Shown: positions 30,387-39,346 of the stretch, in pieces
Layout: every line of letters starts with the position of its first letter
Position numbering within the stretch: position 1 is the first letter of the stretch
Source of the DNA: Candidatus Jorgensenbacteria bacterium
GTDB lineage: Bacteria > Patescibacteriota > Minisyncoccia > UBA6257 > GWB1-50-10
Length of the DNA stretch: 64,000 nt
Reading direction: 5' to 3'
Assembly (NCBI GenBank): GCA_030648515.1
Contig: JAUSHK010000002.1
Location: 7,799-71,798 of the forward strand
The notes under the pieces: model-generated
The model's input: only the letters and a program-made list of their open reading frames with translations
The model's database searches: none
What the model was told of the DNA's origin: nothing
Made by a program: the position numbers and the translations under genes

Positions 30387-30644
30387 TTATTGAAATGGGT
30401 TCGTCTTTATGTTTGAGAACGGATTGGTTTTGGTAACTGGGTTTGTATCCGGAGTCGCAAGCGACGGCAAAGCCCCCTGCGTCGCGCTTTTAATGGCCGC
30501 ATCAGTTGCGTTATTCACATTCTGAAGCGCCTGCTCTTGCGCGGTTGGAGTAGGTGTTGTAACTCGCCACTTTGTCCAGTACAAATATCCCCCAACGACC
30601 AAAATTGCGACGGCGACAATCGCGATGATAATGTCTTTCTTCAT
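30387..30644 (-). CDS. Small membrane-anchored protein
   Basis: MKKDII TM; C-terminal TNP repeats. Confidence 0.75.
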   Translation of the reverse strand: MKKDIIIAIVAVAILVVGGYLYWTKWRVTTPTPTAQEQALQNVNNATDAAIKSATQGALPSLATPDTNPVTKTNPFSNIKTNPFQ

Positions 30645-30663
30645 GCTTACATTATAGCAAATC

Positions 30664-30693
30664 AAAAAAAAGCCACCCATTATGGGGTGGCTT
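30664..30693 (-). terminator. Intrinsic terminator of peptide gene 1
   Basis: aagccaccc/gggtggctt stem plus U-tract on the minus strand. Confidence 0.8.
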
Positions 30694-30718
30694 CCTGGTT
30701 AAAGGTCGTGTCGTCGTC

Positions 30719-30898
30719 TTATTGCTGATTGGTATCGGATGCAGCAGTATCAAAAAAATTCGCGCCGCGCTGCAGTATTCCGGTGCACCTTCCTGTCGCT
30801 TCTCCGGTTGTCTCTTCGCCGTTTTGTACGTTAATGGAACCCGCTGAACGTTTTGTTGAGCCTAAAAAGGCCGCTTCGAGGAAAAATTTTACTCCCAT
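30719..30898 (-). CDS. 59-aa peptide, paralog 1 (not in ORF track)
   Basis: MGVKFFLEAAFLGSTKRSAGSINVQNGEETTGEATGRCTGILQRGANFFDTAASDTNQQ; SD AAGGAG; shares FF..AFLG and GRC with paralogs 2 and 3. Confidence 0.7.
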   Translation of the reverse strand: MGVKFFLEAAFLGSTKRSAGSINVQNGEETTGEATGRCTGILQRGANFFDTAASDTNQQ

Positions 30899-30993
30899 GA
30901 CTTTTACTCCTTCCGTTAATGAGGGTTAACCTGTAATTCTGTGAATGAGTAGGCTCATAACCAAAGCAATAAACGCGTTAAAGAGCCAATTTA

Positions 30994-31037
30994 AATATAA
31001 CATTCGTATCACGCCCTTACAACAAACCTGTGGATAA
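30994..31037 (-). promoter_or_regulatory. Sigma70 promoter with upstream DnaA box (peptide 1)
   Basis: TTATCCACA-6-TTGTAA-17-(TGn)TATATT. Confidence 0.7.
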
Positions 31038-31127
31038 ATTGACAAAGCATGAAATATGCCAACTTTTACAAAAAGAGAACCCCTTACCTATATGAAGCAA
31101 GGGGGCTCTAAGATTTTCCGCTGTTTG

Positions 31128-31316
31128 TTATTGGTATGTGCTGATCGTGCAACCGGTGATCGAATTAACTGTACCCGCCGCTGTCGGTTTATTACACCTT
31201 CCATAAACTCCACATCTTCCTGTATCGACGCCCATCGCTTGTTGATTGTTAACACCAGCTGTCTCAGGGGGACCCGAACCTAAAAAGGCCAGGCCAGGAG
31301 GAAAAAATCTTTTCAT
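31128..31316 (-). CDS. 62-aa peptide, paralog 2
   Basis: MKRFFPPGLAFLG...GRC; SD AAGGAG; terminator hairpin at 31074-31109. Confidence 0.75.
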   Translation of the reverse strand: MKRFFPPGLAFLGSGPPETAGVNNQQAMGVDTGRCGVYGRCNKPTAAGTVNSITGCTISTYQ

Positions 31317-31410
31317 AATTCTTCTCCTTGGTTAATTAGTGGTTTGTTTGGTACACTTAGTACCTTTCAGCTCGCATCCCAAACAAGAAGCAGTCCAATG
31401 AGCTGACTTA

Positions 31411-31455
31411 ATAATAACATAGCTAACCGTACTGGCGCAATAAGCATGTGGATAA
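31411..31455 (-). promoter_or_regulatory. Sigma70 promoter with upstream DnaA box (peptide 2)
   Basis: TTATCCACA-6-TTGCGC-18-(TGn)TATTAT. Confidence 0.65.
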
Positions 31456-31557
31456 AACTGCTGTATAAAAAAGCGTGCCCGCTAACATAGTTAGCAGGCA
31501 CGGTCATGTATGGAAGTTTATCTAGTGGGACCTTCCAACCCGGTTATCCGCGTATCG

Positions 31558-31749
31558 TCATTGAAAAATGCTGGTCCAGTATCCGGTTGTATCAGTTTCA
31601 TCTGCAAAGGTATCGGCAATATGGGTGCACCTACCTATTCCACCGGATTTCCCGCAACCGTATACGCCGCTTTGTGAATTGTTAAAAGAACCAGCAACAG
31701 GGGGACCCAAACCTAAAAAGGCCAGGCCAGGAGGAAAAAATCTTTTCAT
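31558..31749 (-). CDS. 63-aa peptide, paralog 3
   Basis: MKRFFPPGLAFLG...GRC; SD AAGGAG; terminator hairpin at 31474-31502. Confidence 0.75.
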   Translation of the reverse strand: MKRFFPPGLAFLGLGPPVAGSFNNSQSGVYGCGKSGGIGRCTHIADTFADETDTTGYWTSIFQ

Positions 31750-31838
31750 AATTCTTCTCCTTGCTTGATTAATTTAAGTGATTTGGTTATTTTTTGGCCC
31801 GCAATCCAAAATCGAAACACGTCAAAAGAGCCAATTTA

Positions 31839-31868
31839 AATATAACATAACTGCAAAAATTTTTACAA
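31839..31868 (-). promoter_or_regulatory. Sigma70 promoter (peptide 3)
   Basis: TTGTAA-18-(TGn)TATATT. Confidence 0.65.
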
Positions 31869-31914
31869 GAACACATTGCTAATAAAAAAGCCGCTCAGAG
31901 TTCCGTCTGGACGG

Positions 31915-32247
31915 CTATTTCGATAACTCAGATAATAAAACAATAAAACCGTACCCTGCACTCGCGCAAATTCCGTACAAAAACCCGGCAATTATTCCGA
32001 ACCGCCTTCCAAACAAAAAACTCACGGGCATTATCGTAAGTACCGTAATCATTACGCAAAGCAACGCGCTTGAAATAAAAAGCCCGCCGAAACGCGCGCC
32101 TGAATCACTTGCAATAGCGAGCGCGCCGAGAGCTAATCCGAGCACAATTCCGCGCTTCGACATCCCGCTTGCGTCACTTCTGTTGAAAAACGCGATTGGG
32201 CCATGATCCTCGTTGTCGCGCGTGCACGTTTTGACTTTATTCTGCAT
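31915..32247 (-). CDS. Hypothetical membrane protein
   Basis: SD GGAGG; three hydrophobic segments. Confidence 0.65.
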   Translation of the reverse strand: MQNKVKTCTRDNEDHGPIAFFNRSDASGMSKRGIVLGLALGALAIASDSGARFGGLFISSALLCVMITVLTIMPVSFLFGRRFGIIAGFLYGICASAGYGFIVLLSELSK

Positions 32248-32372
32248 AACGCCTCCGCTAAAAATTTGATAAATGTAAAAACACGCTGCCTATAATAATA
32301 CAATATAATTAAGAAAAAATCAAGCCAAAACCCGCCTCAAAAAGAAGCGGGTTTATACTTCGCCTCTAAACA

Positions 32373-32618
32373 TTATTTCACCGACTTATTGTAGAGCCAG
32401 GCAAGCACATAGCCGAGAACGTACCCAACAACAAGATGCAGCACGGCCATCCAGACTGCGCCGCCCCATGAGTAAGCGAACCCCGGGTGCAAGGGCCCCA
32501 AAAGCATTACCGCGCTCTTCATCCAGCCAAAAAGCAAAGCACCGGCAATCATAATAAACCAAACGGCGCCAGCTAAAACGCCGACCGCGAGTCCGAGCGC
32601 TTTTTTATTCAGATGCAT
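32373..32618 (-). CDS. Small 2-TM protein (Phage_holin_8/DUF5676-like)
   Basis: LN.KAL, PG...S..G, AWLYN pattern. Confidence 0.6.
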   Translation of the reverse strand: MHLNKKALGLAVGVLAGAVWFIMIAGALLFGWMKSAVMLLGPLHPGFAYSWGGAVWMAVLHLVVGYVLGYVLAWLYNKSVK

Positions 32619-32652
32619 ATTTGTAAAAATAGAGAATCCGACCTTTTCTATA

Positions 32653-33825
32653 TTATACCAAATACTTCTTCCCCTTCAGCTTCTCTGGTAAGTAGCTTTC
32701 CTTAGAATATTTTTCATACCCCTTACTGTAGCCGAGATTTTTCATAAGCTTCGTTGGGGCATTCCTAATATGGAGCGGGATAGGAAGATTACCGTGTTTT
32801 TTCACGTCCTCAAGCGCGCGGAAATATGCATCGTACGCGCTCCTGTCTTTTTTTGCGGTTGCTAAATAAACTGTGCCGTGCGCGAGATTTATCTGCGCCT
32901 CCGGCAATCCGATGGTTTCAACCGCGCGGAACACGTCGTTTGCGACAACAAGCGCCGTCGGCTGTGCCATGCCGATATCCTCACTCGCAAAAATTACCAT
33001 CCTCCGCGCGATGAATTTCGGGTCCTCGCCCGCCTCAACCATCCGCGCGAGATAATAGAGCGCCGCGTCCGGCTGGCTCGCCCGCATGCTTTTAATAAAC
33101 GCGCTTATGATGTTGTAGTGCTCATCGCCTTTCTTGTCATACCGCAAAAATTTTGATTGGATTGCGTCCTCGAGCGTCTCAAGCGTGATTTTTCCATAAA
33201 GTCCCTGCGCCGTTTCAAGCACCGCGAGCACTTGCCGCGCGTCGCCGTTCGCCATCTGGATTAGCCAGTCGCGCGCGTCCTTTTTCATTTTTATCCCCGT
33301 GCGGTCAATAATTTCTCCTACCTCACTCTCTGAAAGCGGCTCAAGCACGAATACGCGACATCGCGAAAGTAGCGGAGAAATAACCTCAAAGCTCGGGTTC
33401 TCCGTCGTCGCGCCGATTAAAATAATTTCTCCGCTTTCAACATACGGCAAAAGATAATCCTGCTGGGCCTTGTTAAACCGGTGTATCTCGTCTAAAAATA
33501 AAATTTTCTGTTTTAATCCGCCAAATTTTATGATTTCCCGAACATCGTCTTTTCCGGCCGACACAGCGGACAACTCAAACAATTCTCCGCCCAAGCTTTT
33601 TGCATAGATTTTAGCAAGCGTCGTTTTCCCACATCCGGGCGGCCCCCATAAAATAAACGAGAACAGGTGCTTCTTTTCAATCGCCACCCGCAGGGGCCCA
33701 CGTCCTGAGCTTACAGAAAGGGCTCGCCCTGAGCTTGCCGAAGGGTTATCCACACCAACAAGGTGTTTTTGCCCGACAAACTCATCTAGGTTTTTAGGCC
33801 TGATTTTTGACGCAAGCGGTTCCAT
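32653..33825 (-). CDS. rarA: Replication-associated recombination protein A (MgsA)
   Basis: PLA..IRP, GPPG.GKT, DEIHRFNKAQQD, GATTENP, SAFIKS.R, SEDIG. Confidence 0.95.
   Translation of the reverse strand: MEPLASKIRPKNLDEFVGQKHLVGVDNPSASSGRALSVSSGRGPLRVAIEKKHLFSFILWGPPGCGKTTLAKIYAKSLGGELFELSAVSAGKDDVREIIKFGGLKQKILFLDEIHRFNKAQQDYLLPYVESGEIILIGATTENPSFEVISPLLSRCRVFVLEPLSESEVGEIIDRTGIKMKKDARDWLIQMANGDARQVLAVLETAQGLYGKITLETLEDAIQSKFLRYDKKGDEHYNIISAFIKSMRASQPDAALYYLARMVEAGEDPKFIARRMVIFASEDIGMAQPTALVVANDVFRAVETIGLPEAQINLAHGTVYLATAKKDRSAYDAYFRALEDVKKHGNLPIPLHIRNAPTKLMKNLGYSKGYEKYSKESYLPEKLKGKKYLV
33698..33745. repeat. Tandem 2 x 24-bp REP-like units in frame in rarA
   Basis: ccacgtcctgagcttacagaaagg + gctcgccctgagcttgccgaaggg. 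Confidence 0.75.
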
Positions 33826-33931
33826 ATCTAGGATTGTACACCCTCGAATAAAATTAATCCCTGCATAAATATTCAATCCTCTCAGAGAATTTTAAAATTG
33901 AGTATCTGGAGCGGGGATAAAAAAACCACCG

Positions 33932-34222
33932 TCAATTCAAGTGGTTTTTTATATCTTCAAAATTTCCCGAAATAATAAAAGCCGCAACTGGAACAGATGG
34001 TATTTTCTTTGTAAAAAGCACGCCATACTCCAAAAATAGGAAAACTCTTTCGCATTTCCAATTAAAAAGCGCGTGGCCGTCACTATTATATAGCGCTCCG
34101 CACATAGAACAACAAAACACCGATCCCTTATGCCCCATACAGCCGCCTTTTAACTGAATAGAATTTTCAACATCGATTTCCCCTCCGCATATTTTTCCGT
34201 CGTGCATTTCTGTACAATACAT
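33932..34222 (-). CDS. Hypothetical Cys-rich protein
   Basis: SD AAGGAGG; TTGACA promoter; zinc-ribbon-like Cys pairs. Confidence 0.65.
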   Translation of the reverse strand: MYCTEMHDGKICGGEIDVENSIQLKGGCMGHKGSVFCCSMCGALYNSDGHALFNWKCERVFLFLEYGVLFTKKIPSVPVAAFIISGNFEDIKNHLN

Positions 34223-34303
34223 AACCGCCTCCTTCTTTATATAATTTTTGTACTTTTAGAACTGTTAAGATTGTATAATAAAAAGCTGGTTTGTCAAAAA
34301 CAA

Positions 34304-34338
34304 AGCCCCCGACTCCGCTAGTCCGCGGAGTCGGGGCT
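34304..34338. terminator. Long GC-rich hairpin after the DUF378 gene
   Basis: gcccccgactccgc..gcggagtcggggc. Confidence 0.65.
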
Positions 34339-34358
34339 ATTGTAACTTCAAATCAATT

Positions 34359-34562
34359 TTAACTCTTCAACTTGCCGACATTAACGAGAAGTTCAATTGC
34401 CGAAAGACCGACTAATACGTAAATGACGCGTGAAATTGTGGACATCGTGCCAAAAATCGCCGCAACGACGTCCAGATTGAATACACCGACCAAACCCCAG
34501 TTCAAACCGCCGATAACAAGAAGCACAACTGCAACCCAGTCGAGCGTGTTAAGCTTTTTCAT
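34359..34562 (-). CDS. DUF378 family membrane protein
   Basis: IGGLNWGL.G, Y.LVGLSA. Confidence 0.9.
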   Translation of the reverse strand: MKKLNTLDWVAVVLLVIGGLNWGLVGVFNLDVVAAIFGTMSTISRVIYVLVGLSAIELLVNVGKLKS

Positions 34563-34714
34563 AAAAAATATATGTAAAAAACCAGCCGTTCGACCTTTAG
34601 AAACTTATATGCCCATTATAGCAAATGTAGCGCGTCCACATTCTTCTTATTGAACTTTTCCCTGTTTTGTAGCATACTTCATTCCTACATGGCCTCCGTG
34701 CGTAGCGGGGGCTT

Positions 34715-36538
34715 ATGCAATCTATGCACAACAACATACGAAACATCGCGATTATCGCGCACGTCGACCACGGAAAGACGACGCTCGTTGACGCGCTTTT
34801 AAAGCAATCCGAGAGTTTTAAAACAAAAACTGACGCTCCGCAGGAACTTATTATGGATTCAAACGAGCTTGAACGCGAGCGCGGTATTACGATTTTTTCA
34901 AAAAACGCCTCAATCCATTACGGGACAACGAAAATAAATTTGGTTGATACGCCGGGGCACGCGGACTTCGGTGGCGAGGTTGAGCGCATTATGCGCATGG
35001 TTGACGGAGTTCTACTTCTCGTTGACGCGAAAGAAGGGCCGATGCCGCAGACAAAGTTTGTTCTCCAAAAAGCCATTCAGGCGGGACATCCGGCGATTGT
35101 TGTTATTAATAAAATAGATAAGCCCGACGCGCGGCCGGCGTGGGCGCTAGCGCGCACGTATGATCTTTTTATTGAGCTTGGCGCGGATGAAAAACAGATT
35201 GAGTTCCCCGTAATCTATGCTTCGGCAACGCAGGGAAAGGCAAGCACAAAACCTGACCTAGTCGCAATGAAAAATGTAAAGCCGCTCTTTGACGCCATTA
35301 TTCACAAAATACCGCCGCCAGAAGTTTTTAAAGACAAACCGCTCCAGATGCTCACGGTAAATCTCGCCTACGATAACTATAAAGGAAAAATCGGAATCGG
35401 GAGATTGTATTCCGGAGCGCTTAAAAAAGGAATGATGGTCGCGCACATCGACAGGCATGGAAAAATTGAAAAAGTTCAGCTTTCTTCGGTTATGCTTTTT
35501 GAAGGGCTCACGCGCGTTGACGTAGAAGAAGCGCATGCGGGAGAAATTGTGGCAATCGCCGGTATCCCGTCTATTTCGATCGGCGAAACAATCGCGGACT
35601 TAGAGCATCCGGAACAGCTTCCAATAATTCACATAGACGAACCAACGGTAAAAATGACGTTCGGCGTAAACACGTCCCCTTTTATGGGGAAAGAGGGAAA
35701 ATTCACGACCTCGCGGAATCTCCGCGAGCGGCTTGAACACGAAATTGAAACTGATGTCGCGCTTCTTATTACGCAATCCGAATCGCTTGATAAATGGATC
35801 GTCGCCGGTCGCGGTGAACTGCACCTCTCCATACTTATTGAAAAAATGCGGCGCGAAGGATACGAACTTGAAGTGTCGCGCCCGCAGGTCATTATTAAAG
35901 AAATCAACGGGAAAAAAATGGAGCCAATGGAGCTTGTCTCAATTGAAGTGCCGGAGCAGTTTTCTGGCACGGTTATTGAAATGCTCGGGAAGAGGCTTGG
36001 TGTTATGCGCGATATGAAAGTTGACCGCAGCATCGCCTATCTTGATTTTGCCGTTCCAACGCGCGGCATCATCGGCATACGAAATACATTTCTTACTTCA
36101 ACAAAAGGATTGGGCGTGATGAATAGCATTTTTACCGGCTATGAACCGTACAAAGAAAGCGACACAAACAGCATGCATGGTTCGCTCGTCGCGTCAGAAT
36201 CCGGAACGTCAAATTCGTATGGACTCTTAAACGCGCAAGGCCGGGGCAAACTATTCATCAGTCCTGGCATTCCCGTTTATGAAGGAATGGTTGTCGGTGA
36301 AAACGCGAAGGCAAATGATATCCCGGTAAATATCTGCAAAGCAAAAGAACTCACGAACTTCCGGACAAAAAACTTCGGGATACAGGAACAACTTGAAGTC
36401 CCCCACGTTATGGAGCTTGAAGATGCGCTGGAATACATCGGCGACGATGAGCTGGTTGAAGTGACGCCGAAGACCGTGAGAATCAGAAAAGCAATTCTTT
36501 CCAAAAACGACCGCAACAACCACGCAAGTAAAAAATAA
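34715..36538 (+). CDS. typA: Translational GTPase TypA/BipA
   Basis: [46 protein letters not shown]. Confidence 0.98.
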   Translation: MQSMHNNIRNIAIIAHVDHGKTTLVDALLKQSESFKTKTDAPQELIMDSNELERERGITIFSKNASIHYGTTKINLVDTPGHADFGGEVERIMRMVDGVLLLVDAKEGPMPQTKFVLQKAIQAGHPAIVVINKIDKPDARPAWALARTYDLFIELGADEKQIEFPVIYASATQGKASTKPDLVAMKNVKPLFDAIIHKIPPPEVFKDKPLQMLTVNLAYDNYKGKIGIGRLYSGALKKGMMVAHIDRHGKIEKVQLSSVMLFEGLTRVDVEEAHAGEIVAIAGIPSISIGETIADLEHPEQLPIIHIDEPTVKMTFGVNTSPFMGKEGKFTTSRNLRERLEHEIETDVALLITQSESLDKWIVAGRGELHLSILIEKMRREGYELEVSRPQVIIKEINGKKMEPMELVSIEVPEQFSGTVIEMLGKRLGVMRDMKVDRSIAYLDFAVPTRGIIGIRNTFLTSTKGLGVMNSIFTGYEPYKESDTNSMHGSLVASESGTSNSYGLLNAQGRGKLFISPGIPVYEGMVVGENAKANDIPVNICKAKELTNFRTKNFGIQEQLEVPHVMELEDALEYIGDDELVEVTPKTVRIRKAILSKNDRNNHASKK

Positions 36539-36573
36539 ATCCCCTCACCAATTCAATTGGCGTGTGGAGATAA

Positions 36574-37659
36574 TTACTTCAGGAGAAACGTTATCGGATT
36601 ATAAATATTCGACGGGTTCCACATCATCCATGTATTTGGGGAACCGCCGTCAATTGCCGCCAAAATCTCCGTGCGCACCTCAACCGGACCATACGAAACT
36701 CCGCTGAGGCTGAAGTCCTGAAGCCACGGGCGGATAACCGCAGTTGTCGTGCTATTTCCTAAAAGTATGCGTCCGGATTCAAGTGTCTGCCTCACCACTT
36801 CATACGGATGCTTATTGGGATTATCAAATCCGAAATTCCCGTTCGCGAAGTGCGACGGGTAAATCATCGGCGAGACAACATCAAACTCCGCCGCGGCGTT
36901 TTCTAATCGCTGTCCCACGCCAAGCCCGTCATCGCGCAAAAACGAATATGCAAAAAGGTCTGCGGAAAGTATCGCGTTCGGATTGGTTTTTTTTATCTCA
37001 CTTGTAAGATAGTGGAAAAATTCCGCCATCACGTCAACCTTATAACGAACACCGTCGTAAACGGGGTAAACGGGGTCTTCTGTATCGCCGTCGGATGGAA
37101 AGCGAATGTAGTCAAAATTAACTTCGGCAAAACCAAAATCAAGCGCGCGCCGCGCAATGCCGACATTATAATCCCACACCTCGCGGCTCGCGGGATCAAC
37201 CCAGCGGTACTTTCCCCTCCCGCTCGTCCATAAAGTTCCCGACGCAGTGTGAAGCGCGAGGTCGGGCCGCCGCGCAGCAAGGTCATTGTCCTGAAACGCA
37301 ATCATGCGCGCTATTGGATAAATGCCCTCCGTGCGCAATTCAGTAACAATGCGCTCCATATTCGCCCCGAGATAAACTCCGTCGGTGTCTTTTATATCAA
37401 CAACAAGCGCATTAAGCTCGGTGCGCTTGATGAGATTAATGAGTGTTTTGAGCCGCGACGGCAAGGAAACCGATGACGCCGTCGCGTAAACCGCCCTCAC
37501 GTCGCGGAATGAAACGGTAATCGGAGGAAACGCGCTCGTCGGCGAGTGCTCTGAAAACTGCAAAAGCGACGCTGGCAAAGAAATTCCGTACAGCCTGAAA
37601 CCAAAAAAAACCGCTAGTGCAAGAACTACTGTGATGATAATAATTACCTTCCAAGCCAT
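36574..37659 (-). CDS. Putative glycoside hydrolase (DUF4015-like)
   Basis: LNALVVDIKD, FDYIRFP, PMIYPSH, RPWLQDF, WNP.N.Y. Confidence 0.85.
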   Translation of the reverse strand: MAWKVIIIITVVLALAVFFGFRLYGISLPASLLQFSEHSPTSAFPPITVSFRDVRAVYATASSVSLPSRLKTLINLIKRTELNALVVDIKDTDGVYLGANMERIVTELRTEGIYPIARMIAFQDNDLAARRPDLALHTASGTLWTSGRGKYRWVDPASREVWDYNVGIARRALDFGFAEVNFDYIRFPSDGDTEDPVYPVYDGVRYKVDVMAEFFHYLTSEIKKTNPNAILSADLFAYSFLRDDGLGVGQRLENAAAEFDVVSPMIYPSHFANGNFGFDNPNKHPYEVVRQTLESGRILLGNSTTTAVIRPWLQDFSLSGVSYGPVEVRTEILAAIDGGSPNTWMMWNPSNIYNPITFLLK

Positions 37660-37717
37660 GTACAGATTATTTTATCATTATTACTTCCTTTGTGTTTTTT
37701 GTTATACAAACAAAATC

Positions 37718-39172
37718 TTATTTATCCAAGTCAAGAATCTCGTCAATACGAATTTTGTCCACAAATTCTTTTACATGGGAAACGAGTATCATCGCGCCTT
37801 CATATTTATTCAAGGCCTCGGCAATGATTGGAATGTGACGAAAATTAATATGGTTCGTCGGTTCATCTAAAATAAGAAGCCCGGGACGTAGAAGTACGAT
37901 TTTTGCAAACGCAACGAGCCCCTTCTGCCCTTCTGACAGATTTCCGATTTTTGCATTCATCATCTCTGGATCAATCAAAAATCCGGCGGCAATTCCGCGC
38001 ATATCCACTTCGCTCTTTTCACCTGAAACGGCTATAAGTGAGTCGCGCACAGTATCCTCAAAATTAAGCATTGAAAAGTCCTGTTTGTAATAACTAAAAC
38101 GGACACTGGGAGCGATAATAACGCTTTTGGGATCTCTCTCAGCTATCATTTCAAGAAGCGTTGATTTGCCTATTCCATTCGGCCCGCGCAAAAGAAGATG
38201 CATCCTCCTCTTAAGCGAAATATTCGCCTTATGCGTAACCGCCTTGTGATGCTTAATCACCTTAAACGACGTGATTTTTATAATCTCATCAACGAGCTCT
38301 GGCTGGGATGGAATAATAAAAGAACGAATCGCTTTATCTTCCTTTCTAACATCAACTTTCGCTTCTTCAAGTTCTTCCGCTCTCTCGCGCATGCGGCGCG
38401 CGACAAGGCGCATCTGCCCTCCCTTATGCGCAAAAAAATTCGCCTTATCTTTGTTTTCCTGTATCTCCTTCGCGAGCTTGGCATTTTTCCTATTCTCTTT
38501 TTCTATACGGATTAATATCTCACCAACCACATCGGAATAATTTCCAAAATACTGTTCAATTTTTTTAGTAAAGGAATCGAGATACAAAACACCATCGGTA
38601 AATGAGTTCAAGAAACTGGCGTCGTGAGAAATTACGACAACGGTCTTCTTATAATTTTTTAGAAATTCGGTTAAGTGTTCTATCCCCGCTTTATCTAAAT
38701 TATTCGTCGGCTCGTCAAGAAGTAAAATATCAGGGTCTTGTATAAGTGCGGACGCGAGAAGCAAACGCGCCTGTTGTCCGCCTGAAAATGATTTGATTAT
38801 TCTGTCGTGCGGAACCGGCATGTTAACAACTTCTAGCACGCGATCAATCAACGGGTCTATGTTATAAATTTTCTTTGCAAACCGCTTTTCAAAAAATCCA
38901 CTGACTGTCATGTCCATTTCCTTCCTTGGAATGACCTGCAACGCGGTCGCGATTAGAAGATTTTGTTTTACGTTTATCTTGCCGGATTCAGGCGCGATTG
39001 TGCGCATAATAAGATTAAAAAGCGTGGACTTACCCGAACCGTTCTGCCCCATAAGCGCCACTTTCATCCCATTGCGCACGGAAAAACTCACATCCTCAAA
39101 AATGTGCTTATTGTGCCCGAATTCAAAAGACACGTTATCAAATCTCAAAATTATCTCGTTGTCTGACGACAT
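37718..39172 (-). CDS. ABC-F family ATPase
   Basis: Two ABC cassettes, no TM, LDEPTN twice. Confidence 0.92.
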   Translation of the reverse strand: MSSDNEIILRFDNVSFEFGHNKHIFEDVSFSVRNGMKVALMGQNGSGKSTLFNLIMRTIAPESGKINVKQNLLIATALQVIPRKEMDMTVSGFFEKRFAKKIYNIDPLIDRVLEVVNMPVPHDRIIKSFSGGQQARLLLASALIQDPDILLLDEPTNNLDKAGIEHLTEFLKNYKKTVVVISHDASFLNSFTDGVLYLDSFTKKIEQYFGNYSDVVGEILIRIEKENRKNAKLAKEIQENKDKANFFAHKGGQMRLVARRMRERAEELEEAKVDVRKEDKAIRSFIIPSQPELVDEIIKITSFKVIKHHKAVTHKANISLKRRMHLLLRGPNGIGKSTLLEMIAERDPKSVIIAPSVRFSYYKQDFSMLNFEDTVRDSLIAVSGEKSEVDMRGIAAGFLIDPEMMNAKIGNLSEGQKGLVAFAKIVLLRPGLLILDEPTNHINFRHIPIIAEALNKYEGAMILVSHVKEFVDKIRIDEILDLDK

Positions 39173-39346
39173 AAGCTAGAATACTACCCTATTTTCTCAA
39201 AAATGGGAATAGCACTTATTTATTTGCGGTGTCAATTTTAAATTCAAGAAATCAACCGCTGTTCTTAGTTGTTAGTACAAAAATTGCCCCCGGAAAAACG
39301 GGGACAATTTCAAAGCAGTTATTCTCTGAGATAAAACATTATTGCT

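Noticed and set aside
30729-30929. Plus-strand 66-aa ORF preceded by AAAGGTCG 20 nt upstream
   Set aside because: TTG start, antisense to peptide 1, which has promoter, SD, terminator and paralogs; probably a shadow ORF, though the motif match is noted
31039-31070. Antisense promoter (TTGACA) for a type I antitoxin RNA
   Set aside because: No acceptable -10 box at 16-18 bp, and no equivalent in the other units
30664-31868. Repeated units as a CRISPR array or DGR template/variable repeats
   Set aside because: The ~430-bp period and gene-like architecture do not fit CRISPR; there is no reverse transcriptase and no adenine-specific differences
32373-32618. Holin-like gene as evidence of a prophage
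   Set aside because: No lysin, structural or replication genes nearby; flanked by host genes
31029-33754. DnaA boxes as oriC
   Set aside because: Only isolated boxes; no cluster, no dnaA/dnaN and no switch in coding-strand bias
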